A DNA stretch of 64,000 nt from Amoebophrya sp. A120 (lineage: Eukaryota; Protista; Dinoflagellata): assembly GCA_905178155.1 (NCBI GenBank), contig CAJINV010000004.1:1178881-1242880 (forward strand), read 5' to 3'. The translations under genes and the position numbers were made by a program. The notes beneath the pieces are model-generated. The model ran no database searches and was not told the origin of the DNA. It was given only the letters and a program-made list of their open reading frames with translations. Below are positions 32,898 through 47,900 of the stretch, in pieces. The stretch's first letter is position 1. Each line of letters begins with the position of its first letter.

Positions 32898-35800
32898 TTA
32901 CTGGACTTCGTTCGCTGGGCGCACAGGGGGCGTCCAATCGAAGGGCTGACCGCGGTCGTTGTTCCCACCTCGGTCCCCACCGCCCCGGTTATGATGGCGG
33001 CGGTCGTTGCCCCGGTCTCCGCGGTTAGCATTCTCTCTGCGGTCTCTGTCCCCTCGGCGATGCGACGACTGCTCTGGTGGTGGAGGACCTCCTCCACCAC
33101 CAACCTGGTTGTACAATCCAGCTTGATCTCCACCTCCAGATTGCCGCATCATCTCTTGCGACGTTGCAGCCTGTATGCGCGGGTCGCTTCGCCGGCCCAC
33201 CTCGCCGCGCGGATCGTTCGTATTATTTCCGCCCCCTCGGTCCCTATTCGACCCACGTTGCCCCCTCGTTGTTCCGGTGGTCTGCTGCTCTTGATAGGCA
33301 TTGTCTCCTATGACTCCATACCCCGGCGGACCACCACTTCTAGACGTTGTACTTGGGTGGTTTTCGACGCGGTCGCGGTGATGATCGACGTGGTCTCCTC
33401 TTCGTTGCAATTGCTCCCTCGCATGATCCATGCCCCGGTCGGGCCCGCCTCTGCTACCACCTGCTGCTCTTGGGTCATTGTACATTGGTGGGGGTTGTTG
33501 TCCTACTCCCCGATCGCGGTTACTAATATTTTGATCGCCGCCTCCGCGCCCATGTTGATCACGGTCAGCTCTTCTCCTTTCGCGGTGATTTTGGTCCCCC
33601 CGTCGCTGCTGTTGATGTTCTCCCATATTCATTCCCTGCTGTTCACCCCTCGTCGCATGTTGACCACCGTGGTCTGGAGGTCCACCTCTGTGGTCTCTGT
33701 CTCTCTGCTCCCGTCTTCGTATGTTTCTGTCGTGCTCTTGCTCCATCCTTATCCTGTGATCGTAGTCGTAGTCATACTCGTCTGGTGGCCCCCTATTGCT
33801 GTGCTGTCCTTGTTCTCTAGTATTTCTCGGATCTCCCGAATTATACGACCGGCCGTGTTGGTCAACACCTCCGCGAGACCCTCGGTCCTCTCGCATATTA
33901 TGCTGCCTCCTATCGTCTTCTCGCATTTGATGCCCCCGCCGGTGGCCGTCACCACGGGTTGATGGCCCAGCTGCACCTGTTTGATCGTATGTATGATCCG
34001 CGACGCCGCGGCTGCCGCGCTGTCGCGGAGGTTGCTGGTGTGGTTCTACATCGTGATCGCGGTAATTTTGCTCGCGGTCCCCGCGTGCAGCTCTGCCGGT
34101 AGTCTGCTCAACATTTTGGTTGTACTGCTGCTGACCACCGGATCCACGCATCATAGTGTTGTTCCTATCGTGAAGATGTTGATCCCGTGCGACATCTCCT
34201 GCTCGACCCGGTTGATGTTCGGCCCCTCCTCGACCCCCGCCGCGTGGTCCACCACCTCTCCTATCGTGAAGATCGCGGGTATCCTGCTCCCTGGTTGGGC
34301 GGGCGTACAGAGGTTCTCCGTTCGGCCCGAGCGGGTTCATTTCCGGATCGATTTGCCCCCCCAAAGCTGCTGCATCTTGTCCCGCCTGCTGCATTCGCAT
34401 CTGCGTCCTTCGATGGTCCCGCTCTTCCCGGAGCCTCCGCCTCTCTTCCTTCGTGTAATCCCGCCGGTTGTGTTTCTCTTGCTTGTTCGTGTTCCCCGAG
34501 GCCCGGTCATGATGGTGTCCCCCGTGATGATGCCCACCGGACCGGCGATTGTTTATTCCCGAGGACGATTGATGTTGTCCACCACCCCCGGCAAGATGAT
34601 GGCCGGAGGAACGCCCGAAATTGTTGTTGTACCCCTCCGCGTCCTCGTACGAGGGGAAGGGGGGCAGAAAGTAGTCGTCGTTGCTCCGCGACGACTGGAG
34701 GAAAAAAGGATCTGCTTCGTTGGCGTACGGGGCATTATTTCTTGATGAAACGTCCGGGCCAAGACCAGGAGAATGGGTCGGACCTCCAATTTGTTGACCC
34801 TGATAGAAGAAGCTTTGGAAATTTATTCCACTTTAGAAGAAGATTAGAGAAGTCGTGAAGATCATTTTCTTACCCGATCAACCTACTTGCACAAGAATCG
34901 GCTAACAACACATCAGCAAGAACTCTGATTAATTTTAGAGAATGAGAAACAACTACAACCATTATCAAAAATTGCAAAAAATATTACGTCCTGCAATCGC
35001 TTGACGGCTTGTCCCAACCTCTTGACTTCGGCTTTCATTTCCTCTTGCGTCATTCTCTCCAACTCCGTGTCGGGCCTCACCTGCGTCTTCCGCTGCGCCT
35101 CCACTTTCTGCGCGTCGTTGATGGCCGCCAACAGCCGGTCCCGTTCGCTGGTCGGGCTCATATCGGGGTGCGGCGCCGAGGAGGGCGGCGGTGGCGGGGG
35201 GTTCTGGAGGTCGAGGTGAAGACTCGGGTTTTCGGAACTAGTACCACCTACTACACCTCCCGACTGCATAATTTGTACCTCTCCTCGGTTGTGTCCTCGC
35301 TGCTCCTGTGCTGACCCCATGTTGTTGTGCACCGCGTTATCCGGCAGCCTCGGTGGCTGCACCGAGGGAACGTGTGGCCCGGAGGGCGGGCTTCTCGCGG
35401 GAAACACCTCGTAATCGTCTTCCGGCGGCGGCGGCCCGGCGGGGGGACCGGGCGGGACAATTTGTTGGTGGTTTGGCATTTGAGGCTGATGTCCGCCGGT
35501 TGTACCACCGTTGTTCATATTACTGTTTCTCGACAAACGGTTTGCATTCGATTTGTTCAATTGCTCAGCCGCCTTCTGCAACTGTTCGTGTAGGGCGTCG
35601 TAGGCGGAGACCATGATGTTCTCCCTACTTCCGCTCATGCGCGTCGTCGTGGCTCCCGTCGCGGTCGTCCCAGAAGGTAGCTGCGCCTGCGCAGCAGCTC
35701 CAGCAGCAGAATTAGCACTAGCAGCCCCGGCGGTGGTTCTGGCCGCGTTAATATTGTTACCATTATCTGCGTTAATATTGGTCTGCGACGGGCCGTGGCC

Positions 35801-38800
35801 GTTCGCCGCCGCGGACGGGCGGGTGGAGGACCCAAGCGGAAGCAGAGGAACCTCGGTTTTCTGGACTCCCAAGTCTGGATGTTGCTGATGTCCTGGCCCA
35901 GCAGCACCGCCGGCGATTATGGAAGTGTTGTTCGGGTTATTTATGTTATTCGCCCCACCTCTGAGCATGTTCCGAAGCGCGTCCTGCTTGTTACCCCCTG
36001 CCGGGGCTCCTGCAGCAACTTGCTGCTGCGGAGGGGGGCCCGGTGCACCATTCATCGGCGCAATTTGGTTCAGGGGGTTCTGCAAGTTCTGCAATTGCGG
36101 ATTTGCCGTCGCGTTGTCCTTCGTCGGGGTATACGCCTCCCCGACAGGCAAAACCGTCGTTGTCGCGGGGTTCCCGAGTCCCCGCGGACTGCGCGGAGAC
36201 GCGAGCTTATTCCCCCCGCGCGGACTGTTTCCCGGAGAATACATGCGCTGCTGCTGTTGCAAATGGTGCAACGAAGGTTGGTGCATAGGATTTACATGTT
36301 GACCCCCATGACCTCTGGCGGAATCGACGCGGGGAGATCTTGCATGATGATGTTGCATATTATTTCTCGGATCGCCGTAGTTCATGCCGTTGTGAAGATG
36401 TTGTTGTCCTCCACCTTTCGGAGTAGACACACTAAAGTTCGGATCTTTGCTACTGTGTCCGGACTGGCCCCCCGCGGCAGCCCCGATCTCCCGCACGGGA
36501 ATCTGGAAGCCGCCCCGCTGCTGTTGTGCTTGATTGTACAACATCTGCGCAGCCTGCTGCGTGGCGTAGGGCGAGTGTGCAGCTGCAGCAGCCGCGAGAT
36601 TGGGATTCGCGGCGGGATTGTTTGTTCCATACATCGCAACATTCTGCGGAGGCGGACTGGGGCCACCAGATACACCGCCGGCAGCTGCGCCCATGCGGTG
36701 CTGTTGCATCGCTGCGTTGTAAGCCGCTTGCGCCTGGGCCATCGCATGCTGATTCTGCTGCTGCTGCTGCGCTGCGGCGCCCTTCTGCAGATGGTGGATC
36801 GCCGCGGGGTTCAGGCCCCCCGGCGGTGGAACACCACCCCCTGCTCCGAGGGCCACGCCTTTGTTTCCAAGTGGTCCACCCGCCCCCATGGGGCCGCCCC
36901 CCTTACCTGCTCCAAACAACCGGTTGTCCACTTGTTGTTTCCCTCCTGGAGCTCCTACGTTGTACCCGCCGCCTTTTTGGTTGTTCAAAGCGAGCTGTCG
37001 CTGCATCTGCGCCAGTCTTTGCGGCGACCAGTTTTGCTGCGCGGCAAGCTGCTGCATCTGCTGCAGTTGGGCGGCTTGGTTGTTCATGTGCTGCTGTGGT
37101 CCTGCTCTACTCAGATCGCCGCTGTAGGGACCCAAGTTCTGCTGTTGATGTGGACCTGGGTAATTACTGTTCATCCCGGCTGGTCCTCCACCTGGAAGTT
37201 GTTGTCCTCCTTGATGCTGATGCGCAACAGCTGCACCCGGTGGCCCACCACCGCCCTGCGGGGGACTTTGGCTGTAGGGATTCCCCTGCGGGACGGAATT
37301 CGGCCCGTGACGCTCCACGTACCAGGCGAAGTATTTCACCCCGTAGTCCAGCAGTTCCCGCATGGTTTCCATGTTCATGACATTGTCCGCCGCCTGCCGG
37401 GCGAGTCGCTCCGCCTCCCAGGACGAATTCTTGTAGTCCTTGCCGACCGGGTTCAAAAAGTCTTGCTGCGTCAAGTCATCCCAACCGTCCTCCGGCTTGT
37501 CGTGCGCCAGACCGGCTGCGAGGGTGGACTGTTTTAGATTCAAGTTGTACAGTTTTCAGTTGAAGATGATCATGTAAGGTTCTTCAAAAGTGCTCGTCCT
37601 GTTCGACGGCATCACGCATCATGAGAGCTCATCTGCCGTGCTTAATGTTTTTAATACCATCGTGCGCATGTTGAGAACTAAGTATAGAATAACCCAAGCA
37701 TTTGCAAACTTATTGTACCGTAGCTGCAAGAGCGCGGCTGTTATCTGGGTTGTAAACCGGATCCCGCATGTAAAAGCTGTACAAAGGCGCCGTCTCCTCT
37801 GTTTTCAGTTTGTTTTTTGGGGGTAAATACTTCTTCTAAGCGAAAATGTTTATTCAGATGTTTATGCCGTGATGTAAATCTATCGCAACATCAAAACATA
37901 AGGGCATCAACAGACAAGAGATGATAAAAAGATGAAAAAGCCCTTGTCCTACTTTTATGCTAAAATGAATTGTCAACATCGGTTGAAATGATCCAATTTA
38001 CCGTTTTCGCGGAGGACATCATCATCGTGGAACGAATCCGACTCGGAGGACAGGCTCCCGCTGGAGTAATCCTCTTCCTCCTCTTCATCCAGAACGTCGT
38101 CGTCATTCCGATCGTCCCGAGAAAGCCCGCGGCCTCCCTTGCGCGGCGGCCCTCTTTGATGCTGCTCGAAGCTGTCGTTACTCCCGGCGACATTGCTCCC
38201 CGCGCTGTCGTCGAACGAAGACCTGTTACTCGGGTCGCGCTTTCTTCTCTGTTGTTGTTGGCGATCCTGGGACAAGGATTTGTTCAACGGCTGACCTTAT
38301 CAACTGTAAAAATGTCTGGGTCTGAAAACTTGTGATGCTGGTTGGCGTATCATGAGGCGGCCACAAGTGCTGGCGCAGCATGACAAGTTTCTGAGCTTCG
38401 AGGTGTTGCCTATTCTGCATGACAAACTGCGTTCCTGCATGAGAAAAAAACGGGGCTCTTGGGTAACGTGCATGACAGACTTTGGGGTCATGCTGGCAGA
38501 GCATGACAGACCTTCCATTCTTCCAGACCCAGACATTTTTACAATCCATAGACCTTCCTCCGGACTGCCGGAACTTCCGACGATTCTTTCGGAGAATTCG
38601 TTCACGCGCATTATGAATTGCGAAGCCATCTCGGACTCGTCCATGTTATGCTGCTGCCCGTGCGGGTCTATTTTTTGCTCCTGTCCACCCATAGAATTAC
38701 CTTCCGTTCCGTCTTTGTATTCGGAGGAAGAGAGGAGAATTTGGTCCTCGTCTTCTAAATTATCACCATCTACTTCCCCGCCGGATTGATTCGCCGTGCT

Positions 38801-41800
38801 TTGGGTCGTGGTGGCCGGCTGGGCGAAGCTGTGCGGATCCGGTTGCATGGTGGTACCCATAGATTCCGGGTTACCGGTCCCAGTCGTTCCCTGCTCAGTA
38901 GAAGATGTCTGCTCAAGTACTAACGGGCCGGCGCTGTCGGGATGATGATGTCCTTGTTGTTCCGCAGTCGGGTCGCTGTTTTGGTTGTTCTCTGTGTCCA
39001 CCGCGGCCACAATGTCGCCACGAAGTAGATCTTCCCCTGCTTGTTCCTTGTGCTGTTGGGTTCCCGCTACAAGAATGTCTGAGGACTTTTCCATGCTACT
39101 GTCCAGCTCCGGCGGAGGCGGGGGTGGCGGGGTTTCCGATCGGAAGGAAGACTCTAACTCCCGATCGGTCGGATTCAGATCACTGGTGATCTGTCGATCA
39201 AAATCTGCTTGTTCTACTCCACCTGCGCCAACAAATAACCCTGGCTGCGGGTGTTGCAGCGCGGTTTGGTAGTCGCGGGAAGCAGTGTTTTTGTTGGAAG
39301 AGGAACCTCCGGCAGACGATGAAGTGCTGCTGTTGTTATTTTCGTTGTTTCGTCCAGCACGAGGACCATTCTCAACTGGAGATGAAGTGCCTTGGTCTAC
39401 TGCTTTCCTATTCCTCTCCGCAGTGGACGAACTGCTAGAGCTCCCCCCGGCCTGGTTCTGCTGCACGACTGTCGTTGCCTCGCCTTCCGCAAGGTTTTCC
39501 TCGTCGTCTTCTAGAATCGCGTTCCCCGACGTGTTCCACCCCATGGCAGCCAGCTTCGCCTCCATGTTCGCTTGGCGAGAGGCGTCCCAGGCCTGCTTTT
39601 TCTCGCCGAACAACGCGAAGTAGCGATCGCCTTCCACGGTCGCTGCGCTGTGGTCCTCCGAGCCTTTCAGTTTGCTCTGCATGTTAATCTCGCGCCGACC
39701 TTCAGGAGTCAGGGTAGTTGGAGCTTTTGATGTCGTGAGAGCAGTAGAAGTAGCGGGTGCTACTGTCATAAAACCTACACCTTTTGATGTAGTGGTGCCG
39801 GCGCTTTGTTCCGAAGTAGTATTAGCACTGGTAGAATTTTTAGCTTGTTCTACTTCTGGTGCAGCACTACTAGTTGCACTAACTGTCGTAGCTTCTTTCG
39901 CAATAATTTTTACCTCTACTTCTTCTAGGGTTGTCGTCGTGTTAGAAGTATGTTCAATAACAGTAGTAGTAGTAGAGCTAATTTCCACCGCCCTGTTCTG
40001 CTGTTCAACAAGAACTTCCGCGGGCAGCACAGGTTCTACTGAAGTAGTAGTTTCAGTACTGTTCTTTTCAACAAGATGAACTTCCGCAGCCTTAGTACAA
40101 CCTTTAGTTTGTTCTTCCGGCTCTACTTCTAGAATAACGATTTCAGGTGTAACTTGTAATTTTTCCTCTACTGGTGCAGGGATATTTTTGACACTAGTAA
40201 CGTCGCCAACCTTCTCACAAGCATCACGCCGACCAAGAGCAGCTTCTCCTGCTGGAGTAGCGTTGGAAGACTGCTCTGGCCGTTCTTGCTGTGCGACCGG
40301 AGGAGAAAAAGAAATCGCGCCTTTGTCCTTCTCTACGATAGTGGTGCGGTCTTCTGCTAGGTTAAGGTTTATTCCAACATGTTTCCTGCCACTGTTTATG
40401 ATAGTATTTTCTACTGGTAAGATCGAGCTCATCGCAGAAGCATGATTTGTTCCATCCCCTTCCGGAGCACCAGGTTGAACAGCCGCTTTTTCGTTGTCTT
40501 TCTCGTCGGCGCCATCAAGTGCAGTTGTGCTTTCTTCCACGATCTCCGTGCTGGTGCTCTTGTGCTCCACCTGCCGTTGTTTTGAAGACGATGTTGATTG
40601 CGGCATGTTCACGACATTGACCTTGCCAGATGAAGAACGGGTCAACACAGTCGACACGACCCCGTCAACATCCCTGTCGCACAGCTGCACTGGAATACTA
40701 TTTTCAACAAAACTCTTCAAGTTGTCAACGCTGATCGTTTCGGAGCATCGCGCGGGCATCTCTTGCAAGACGGAACTAGGCAGGATGTTGGCTCCGTCCT
40801 TGCACACGGGAATGTCGATCAGGTAAACAGGAGAGTTGTTGTCGTGGTCCTCAGGATCTACTTCTTGGTTCGTTTCCTCTACTTCGGCCTGCATCTCGAA
40901 GTCTCGTCCTCCCTGCGACGTTGATATAGAAGACGCGGCAGCCTGCGGCTCTGTCGTGCTGATGTTGTCCTCTCTAGGACTAATTTCGTCAACATCAGCA
41001 AGAACGGGTGAAACAGCACCTTGACGTAGCTCTTCCAGTGCTGGGGGATGATTCGGAATTATCACTGGGGACTGTTCATCAACATCCGCTTGCTCACAAT
41101 CGTTTACCTTTGATACTTCTTCCGCAATTACAATACCCTCGTCGTCCTCTGCTCGCGCTTCATCCGGGGTGCTGGTCAAGGTATCCATAATATCCACCAC
41201 GTCGTTCACCTTGGTGCAACTACTATCGCTTGTTTTTAAAAATGCAGCATGTTCACAAGAATCTACTTGTTTTCCTTTTCCCCCGCCAGCAGCAAAAATC
41301 TTCACGGAGGGAGAAGCAGGATGTCCTTGACCACGTCGTTCCTCTCCACCTTCTGCGGGAACCTCGTCTCCCATTGAGGACAAAGACGAAGTGCAACAGC
41401 TCTCCATAGCGCAGGAAGATGAAGAACTGCTGCTCGCGGATAAAACGTGCTGCTCCACAACTTGTTGTACTTGCGGTCGTAGTTCTCCTGGCAAGAGGAC
41501 CGTTGCAAGAACTCCAGGAACAAGTTTCGTTTTTGTTTCGTCGCCGGCAAATGTGGTGTCAAACGCGTGGTCGGGGTTGCAAGAAAGACTGTTCCGCGCC
41601 GTGGTACCACCTCCCGAGTTCGCAGTTTGAAAACTCGACGCGTGGGAAAACTGCTTGATGTTGGCATTGGTACGATTTTGCACAACATCTTCACGAGGAC
41701 GAGGACCTTCTTGTTGAAAAGAATTTCTTCTTCCGTCGAAAAGTAGACGAGCCGGCTCTTCTTCATCAACATCAACATCAGCTTCATCATCTACTTCTGC

Positions 41801-44800
41801 CCCACCTTCGTCGTGTGAAGATGTTATACTAGTTTTAGTTTTCTTCTTTTTTTTCTGCTTCTTTTCCGGCTTACCGGCCACCTTCCGAAGCAACGCCTTC
41901 ATGCTGCCGATCGGCGTTGGCGTTCTTTCTTCTTCCCACAGAGTCGTGACTAGAGGCGGCGTGTTGTTGAAAGAACTGGCAGTGGGCAGCAGCTGTTCCG
42001 GCGGAATAATTTCAACATCATTCTCGCTCCGAACAACCGGGATAAGGGGCCGCTGATGATCCTGTTCAGGACTTGTTTTCCTGCTCGTCTCCAACGAAGC
42101 TTGCTTCGCTACAACATCGAGATTGCTTCTGTCGAAAGCCACCGCGTCCGCGTCTGCCTGCTTGTTCATCTTCTCCAATAAAACATTACGCTCTAGTTCA
42201 ACATTTTCACCAGATGCAGAGGCCAGAGAGGTGGAAGTAGATGGCCACTGCTCTACTCCACCCTGCACGTGGTCGACCTCCTGGTCCCGCGGCGGCGGCA
42301 GCGCCAACTGGAAGTGATAAGGACACAATTCCGGGTTGTTTGCCTGTTCCGGCGCTACAGGAATTGCAGTGGGGCTCGTACAGGACACTAGGGAGGAAAC
42401 GGGAAGCAATTCCTGTTCCTCGAACAGTACAGAGCTTGTCGGAGGGCTGTAGGACGGCGGCGGCGGCACGACCACGAGGTCATCATTTTGACATTCTTTA
42501 ACTTCGTTTTTGTGCCGCTCGCCCTCGAGATTGTCATCGTAATAAAACGGCGGTGGAGGAGGTGGAGGCGGTGGTCCTGCATAATGCCGTCTGGAACCAT
42601 TGTCTTCTTCTTGCCCGATGCGGTCGAAAACAGAACCCGAAGGAGCAGCAGCAAAGGAACCCAGTGCAGCTCCAACAGCAGACCCGACGTGGGATCGTCC
42701 CCCGATGTTGTAATTATGCGAACTAGCGCTGCAACTACTTCCCGGTACTTCTTGCACCGTAGAAGAACTACTAGTGCCTCCGTGTACAACTTCTAAAGCA
42801 GGTGGTCCACGAGGATAACCGTGCTGGCTACCGCTGTAGACCACATCAATCGGGTGCTGCTGGCCGCCCCCGAGAAGATCATGAGAAGGCTGTTGTACTA
42901 CACCACTGGAGTGCAGCATGCTCATCTGGTCTTCGTATTCGTTATACGCTGCGACTTGATTTTGCTGACTCAGCGTCGGGTACAGCAGATGTGCGGGCGG
43001 AGGGGGTGGCGGCGGCGGAACAACGTCGACGCCTGCTGCTCTCTTTGTCTGACACGTGGACGACGACGTCCTTGCTCGCTCGCGACAGTGGTTGTGGTCT
43101 ACTTGTCCAGGGCGTTGACTACTTATAGACAGAGGGTAGTTCTTGTCATGAAAAGGATCAAGAGCGCTGTCAGCGGAATTCTTTGTCCCGCGGAGAAGGT
43201 TCTGGTCGTACAACATCGACGAGTGCTGGTGCTGCTGCAGCTGTTGTCCTCCACTATGCTTCTCGGACGTCGGGTAGTCCTCCCGATGATTCATCGCCTC
43301 TTCGTCACTGAAAAACCCGCCCGGCGGTAGCGGTGGCGGCGGTGGGGTTTTGTCATCATAGTCGCGGAGGTCGTGCTCGTGGTCTTGTTCAACATCCTCT
43401 TCCGAGCAGCCTCGCATGTTCTTTACGTCGTGCCGGTCTCGAAGATGATCCACTACACCAGCAGAAGTCGTGCCACAGGAACTGGAAGAGCTATGGTGTC
43501 CGGCTGATCTTCTACTCCCGCTAATTGTACAGAAGTTGTTCATATCCATCATTTTCATCGTCCTCGTAGCTTGTTTCTGTTTGTTTACCACCGGCGCACC
43601 AGCTGCCGGTAGTTGTACTTGTTGCCCGTGCGGCGCGACGAGGACCTCGATACTATTTTCATGATGCCCCTGCGGCGAGAATCTACTACTTCCCGGGTTC
43701 GGATTTACCGCGTTAAAATGGTCGTACAGGGGGTTCGGCACCGTCGGAACAATCTTGGTCGGTGGAAGATGTTGACCATGACCTCCACATCCCGAAAGCA
43801 GCACAGAAGTAGTGCTATTATTCCCCGACGACGACGTCGACGGAGGATGCAGCCCTGGAGGCGCGGCGGGGGGCGAGGTGGTAAACGGAGGCGCACCTGC
43901 TCCAGCTGCTGGTCCACTTCCCGCGACAGAAGTTTTACTACTGCCCTCCGCGGACGTGGACGAGGAACTACCAAACCGCGACCGTCCGCTACCGTGACTC
44001 TGCGGCCCTCGGGTAGTAGCTGTACCGCTTGGGCGGGGGAACAAAACGTTCGTCGTCCCGCGTAAAGAACCCGGGGATGGTGCTGGTGGTGCACCAGCAG
44101 CGCTGATAGAAGTGTTGTAGCTGCAGCTCGAAGATGCAGCTCCATTGGATGAACTTGCGTTGGAATAAGAACGGTGGTTCATCTTGATGCTGTTCCCACT
44201 GCTTTTTCTTCGAAGATCTCCTGGCGGCGGTGGGTAGCTAGGCGGCGGCGGTGGTGGGATCATCTGCAGAGAACTGCTGCTGCTGCTGCTGCTGTGATTT
44301 CTCGGTGGTAAACAAGAAGAACTCTGCTGCTGCTGCTGCTGCTGTCCCTTCGAAGTAGACGAGCAGCTAAAACCACCCGGAGTTGCTGGTGCTGTCGACG
44401 CGTTGTTCTTACTGTGGTATACAAGCGGCCCGGCGGCTTTCAATTTTCCGTTGTCTGACAATACGTAGGACTTCGACCTCGTGCGCTCGCGAAAATCCTG
44501 ATTGGAAGAATTTATTCTCGCCGAAGAACTCCCGTACGAATGCGGTTGAAGATGCTGCTTCGACGGATAGTGAGCCAGGCGCTGTCTCCCACTTCCTGTA
44601 TTGGTCGTGGGTAAAAAACCCCCGCTGTTCTTTCTCGGGATATTATTATCGAAGCCGCTTCCACCACACTCCCTCAGATTCTGCTGTTGCGACGCAGATG
44701 TTATGTTGGAACCGCTTCCATTACTAGAAACGAGGTAATATTGTCCGCTCCGGACCTGGTCAACATGTTCGTAACAAAAGGAATTGCTCAAACTCGCGGA

Positions 44801-44965
44801 TCGGACTCCGTGCTGTCGTGGTGTCGATGCTTGGTTAAAGTTATTTCCTCGTGCTGGTGTGACACCAGGTTGTTGTACCACTAGTCCTCCATGGTGGTCT
44901 ACTACGTCGTCGTCGTGATAGTACTTCTGGATATTTCTCCGACGCTCCTCGCCGCGGTGGGCCAT
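32898..44965 (-). CDS. Very large low-complexity protein (~3740 aa if one gene): Pro/Ser-rich, Gln/Gly-rich and RGG/RD-rich regions
   Basis: Proposed exons 44965-38554, 38295-38002, 37798-37719, 37528-34988, 34799-32898 join in frame through GT-AG sites (11229 nt). The ORFs are secure; the single-gene model is inference. Confidence 0.65.
38298..38550. mobile_element. TIR introner family A
   Basis: Family A TIRs; repeat GACCT (sense AGGTC) gives an exact GT-AG register. Confidence 0.95.
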
Positions 44966-47900
44966 GCTAGTCTGCAGGGCGCGTGGCGAAAATCCGATGT
45001 AGTGACTGGAAAGACTGATTGGCCTCGGCCGATCTACGTGGACCGGTTTGTTGTCGTGTTCGGCGTATGGAAAAACGATGCTTTCTTACGCGATTTGCTC
45101 GATTATACAAAAAACAAGTGGCGCAAATTAGTTGCAGAGGAGCTGCTACTCCAAAAAATATACGTTACCGTTACACGATGAACGAGCTCGGTCGCACGTG
45201 AAAAAGTGGTACCGTACTTGTTGCGAAAGATGAAATCTAACTCTTTCTGTCAACTTTCAACATTGGTTCGTTGTTGACAACTTTTTTGGCGAAAACCGCA
45301 CCGGATCATAGTAAAACGACTAGGCTAGAGTAAAAAATCTTGTCCCATTCTTGGCGGGACTGCATTTACGATTTGCAACATAAACGGTTGTACTACTCCG
45401 GCACTTATAATCAGTGAGGCAAAAATTGTACCCGTGCGGCAAATGTATAATTTCGCGATAAAAGTTTTAAAGTAAGACTCAGCTAAGTACTGCACGTCAA
45501 AGAAGTCAAAACATCAAACGCCTCGACGACAAATCAAAAAGCGCCTGAGTGATGATGATCTTCAAGAAAAGTAAGAGGCAGGTGATTTTGTTCGTTGTTC
45601 GCGAACGATAAATAGAAATGGGTACTATTAGCAAAATAACAGAGTCTGCTGGTTTTCGTGATTCTTCTCCAGAGGCTAGGGAGAAGCTGGACCTGAGACT
45701 GACTCGTCTACATCGAATCACAAGTACTACGATATTTTTGTGTATCGCGATTATTGCGATGGTATCCAGATAATTTCACGTCTCATACTAATCTTCTAAG
45801 AAAAAGCGGACTTTTCAAAGAGAATCTACAAAGATATGGGCAACGGTTGCTGTGTCTGATAGTTTTAAAAGACAGCGCCAGCATTCATTTTGGTACTACT
45901 CTTTAATAACCTAACAGGTTCTACTTGAAGATAACATCAATGAATTACTACTCAATGTGCTGGTCAATGCTGCTTATTATCTTGTGGGAAAGTAAGACTT
46001 CTATTTTACACATAAAGACTGTACAAATCGTTAATCTCTATCATCACTTGACAACCCGACTAAAATTTGTATTATCTTTGTCTTCTAATCCATCATTTTT
46101 TTCCTGTGGGCTGTAGAAATTAACACACGCATGACAAAAATGAAGCAAAAAAAATCACCCAATACGTAAATACCTTCCTTGAGCATCCTCAACTGATCAT
46201 CGCTTTCTTTCGCACGCGATCTGATTTTTTGGATTTTCAAATTTTGATTTTTGTGTTTTTTTCCTAAAGATCAAGGGGAGACCCAGAATTTGAATTTCTT
46301 TTCCAATTTCGCATGATAATTTCAAGATGATCTTCTTCTAATCCATTCTTGCTCAGCCTTTTTTGCGACCGGGGCGCGCAGTTGTAGTTTTCGTGCAGTA
46401 CTATAACCAAACGGAATGTAAGTGATGTTTGTTTATCCCTACAAAAAATCTGAATTCTCCACGTCTGAGCAGGTTCGCTCTAGTATTTCAATTTCGCGGA
46501 TCAATCGGACCACTTCACTAGTTGTCTATCGCAGGGAAGATCTCCAACATTTTCTAATTCTACTTCCGACAATCATACGCGGCTCGCAGACGTCCTACGC
46601 CATTGCAAATGAAAATCTCAGCGAGGTAGAGGCGTACAAGCACGTGCTGCCGACGGTTGAGACGAAATGCATATTATCGTACGTTGCGCAAGAAAAGAAA
46701 AGATCTTTCACGAAAGGTTACAACTTTACATTTTTATCCAGAAAATTCATGTTATACCCGATCAGTTGAGAGCCGGTGCCTGTTTTCGTGGCGCCACTCG
46801 CATTATCCACCTCGTCCCCCGCATTATTCGTTGGATGATTTTCTGTGCCGGAACTTATCCCACCGCTGGTCCCCGGAGCGTCTGCATCGGCTTTGTAGCC
46901 CATGGAGGCCAGGCGGAGCATCAGAGTTGCACTATCATCGTCCTGAGAGGACACGTCTGCGGTTGCGGCAGACATCTTGATGGTGCCTTTAAGATGGTAC
47001 AAGTGTTCGATGTACCAAGATTCAGTAAAAATCGAGCAATACGCACGATAATATTTAACAAGTTTTACACCGAGTTTGATGCTTGTTTTCAGCTTCAAGT
47101 TTTAGTGCCAAATGCCACGCGATCACGTGGCAGACACGTACTTCTTTTCCAGACGAAACTTTCATCGTGGACTATTAGTTTTGTGAACAATTCAGTTCCA
47201 ACTTTTGTTTCATGCCGCTACTTTTTGGTTGTGTTCTACTGCAGCCTCCATATGTAAGTACATGTATGAATCAGAGTAAGTTTTACGGTTCATCTGATTT
47301 TTCTACTGTTTCGAAGTTATACCTGCTATCAACGAGTTTGACTTTTTTTGGTTAAGGAAAAAGGACAATAAACAGAGCTGGCTTCACAATGAAAAAAGTA
47401 AACAGTATGTAGTCGTGCTGCAGCAAGTGGCTGCCTGCTACTTCTTCTAGAACTCTGACTCTCTGTTTTTACAACGTCCTCGTAAAATAGTGAGTGAAAT
47501 CGGAAAAACAGTTCAAGTTTTTCAATCTCAATTCTCGTCGTGCTCCTTACAAATCGTCCGTATGCCGTTTCATTAATTTTCGGTTGTATCTTAGCTAGGG
47601 TGAAAAGGAAAAAGGTGAAAACGTAATATGAGAATGCGGTGAGACAAGAGAATGCATCGGTGAGACGCGCATATCTTTCTGGCAAACTATTAGTGGTGAT
47701 GACTTATTTTGAAAAAAGTGTTGTGACTATGTCTTCAGTGAGAAAAAGTGAATTTCTTTACGTTCATGTCGTGATAACAACAAAAGTTAAAAAATCCAGA
47801 GCCAATTCTCAGAAAACAAAGTAAGGTACTATCGAGGAGGTAAGTGGGTGAAAACCAGAGTTGTGAGACGAGACTTACTTTAGTACAAAGGTCGTGTTTC

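Noticed and set aside
32991-37537. Long plus-strand ORFs (580, 323, 284 and 254 aa)
   Set aside because: Antisense shadows of low-complexity minus-strand exons.
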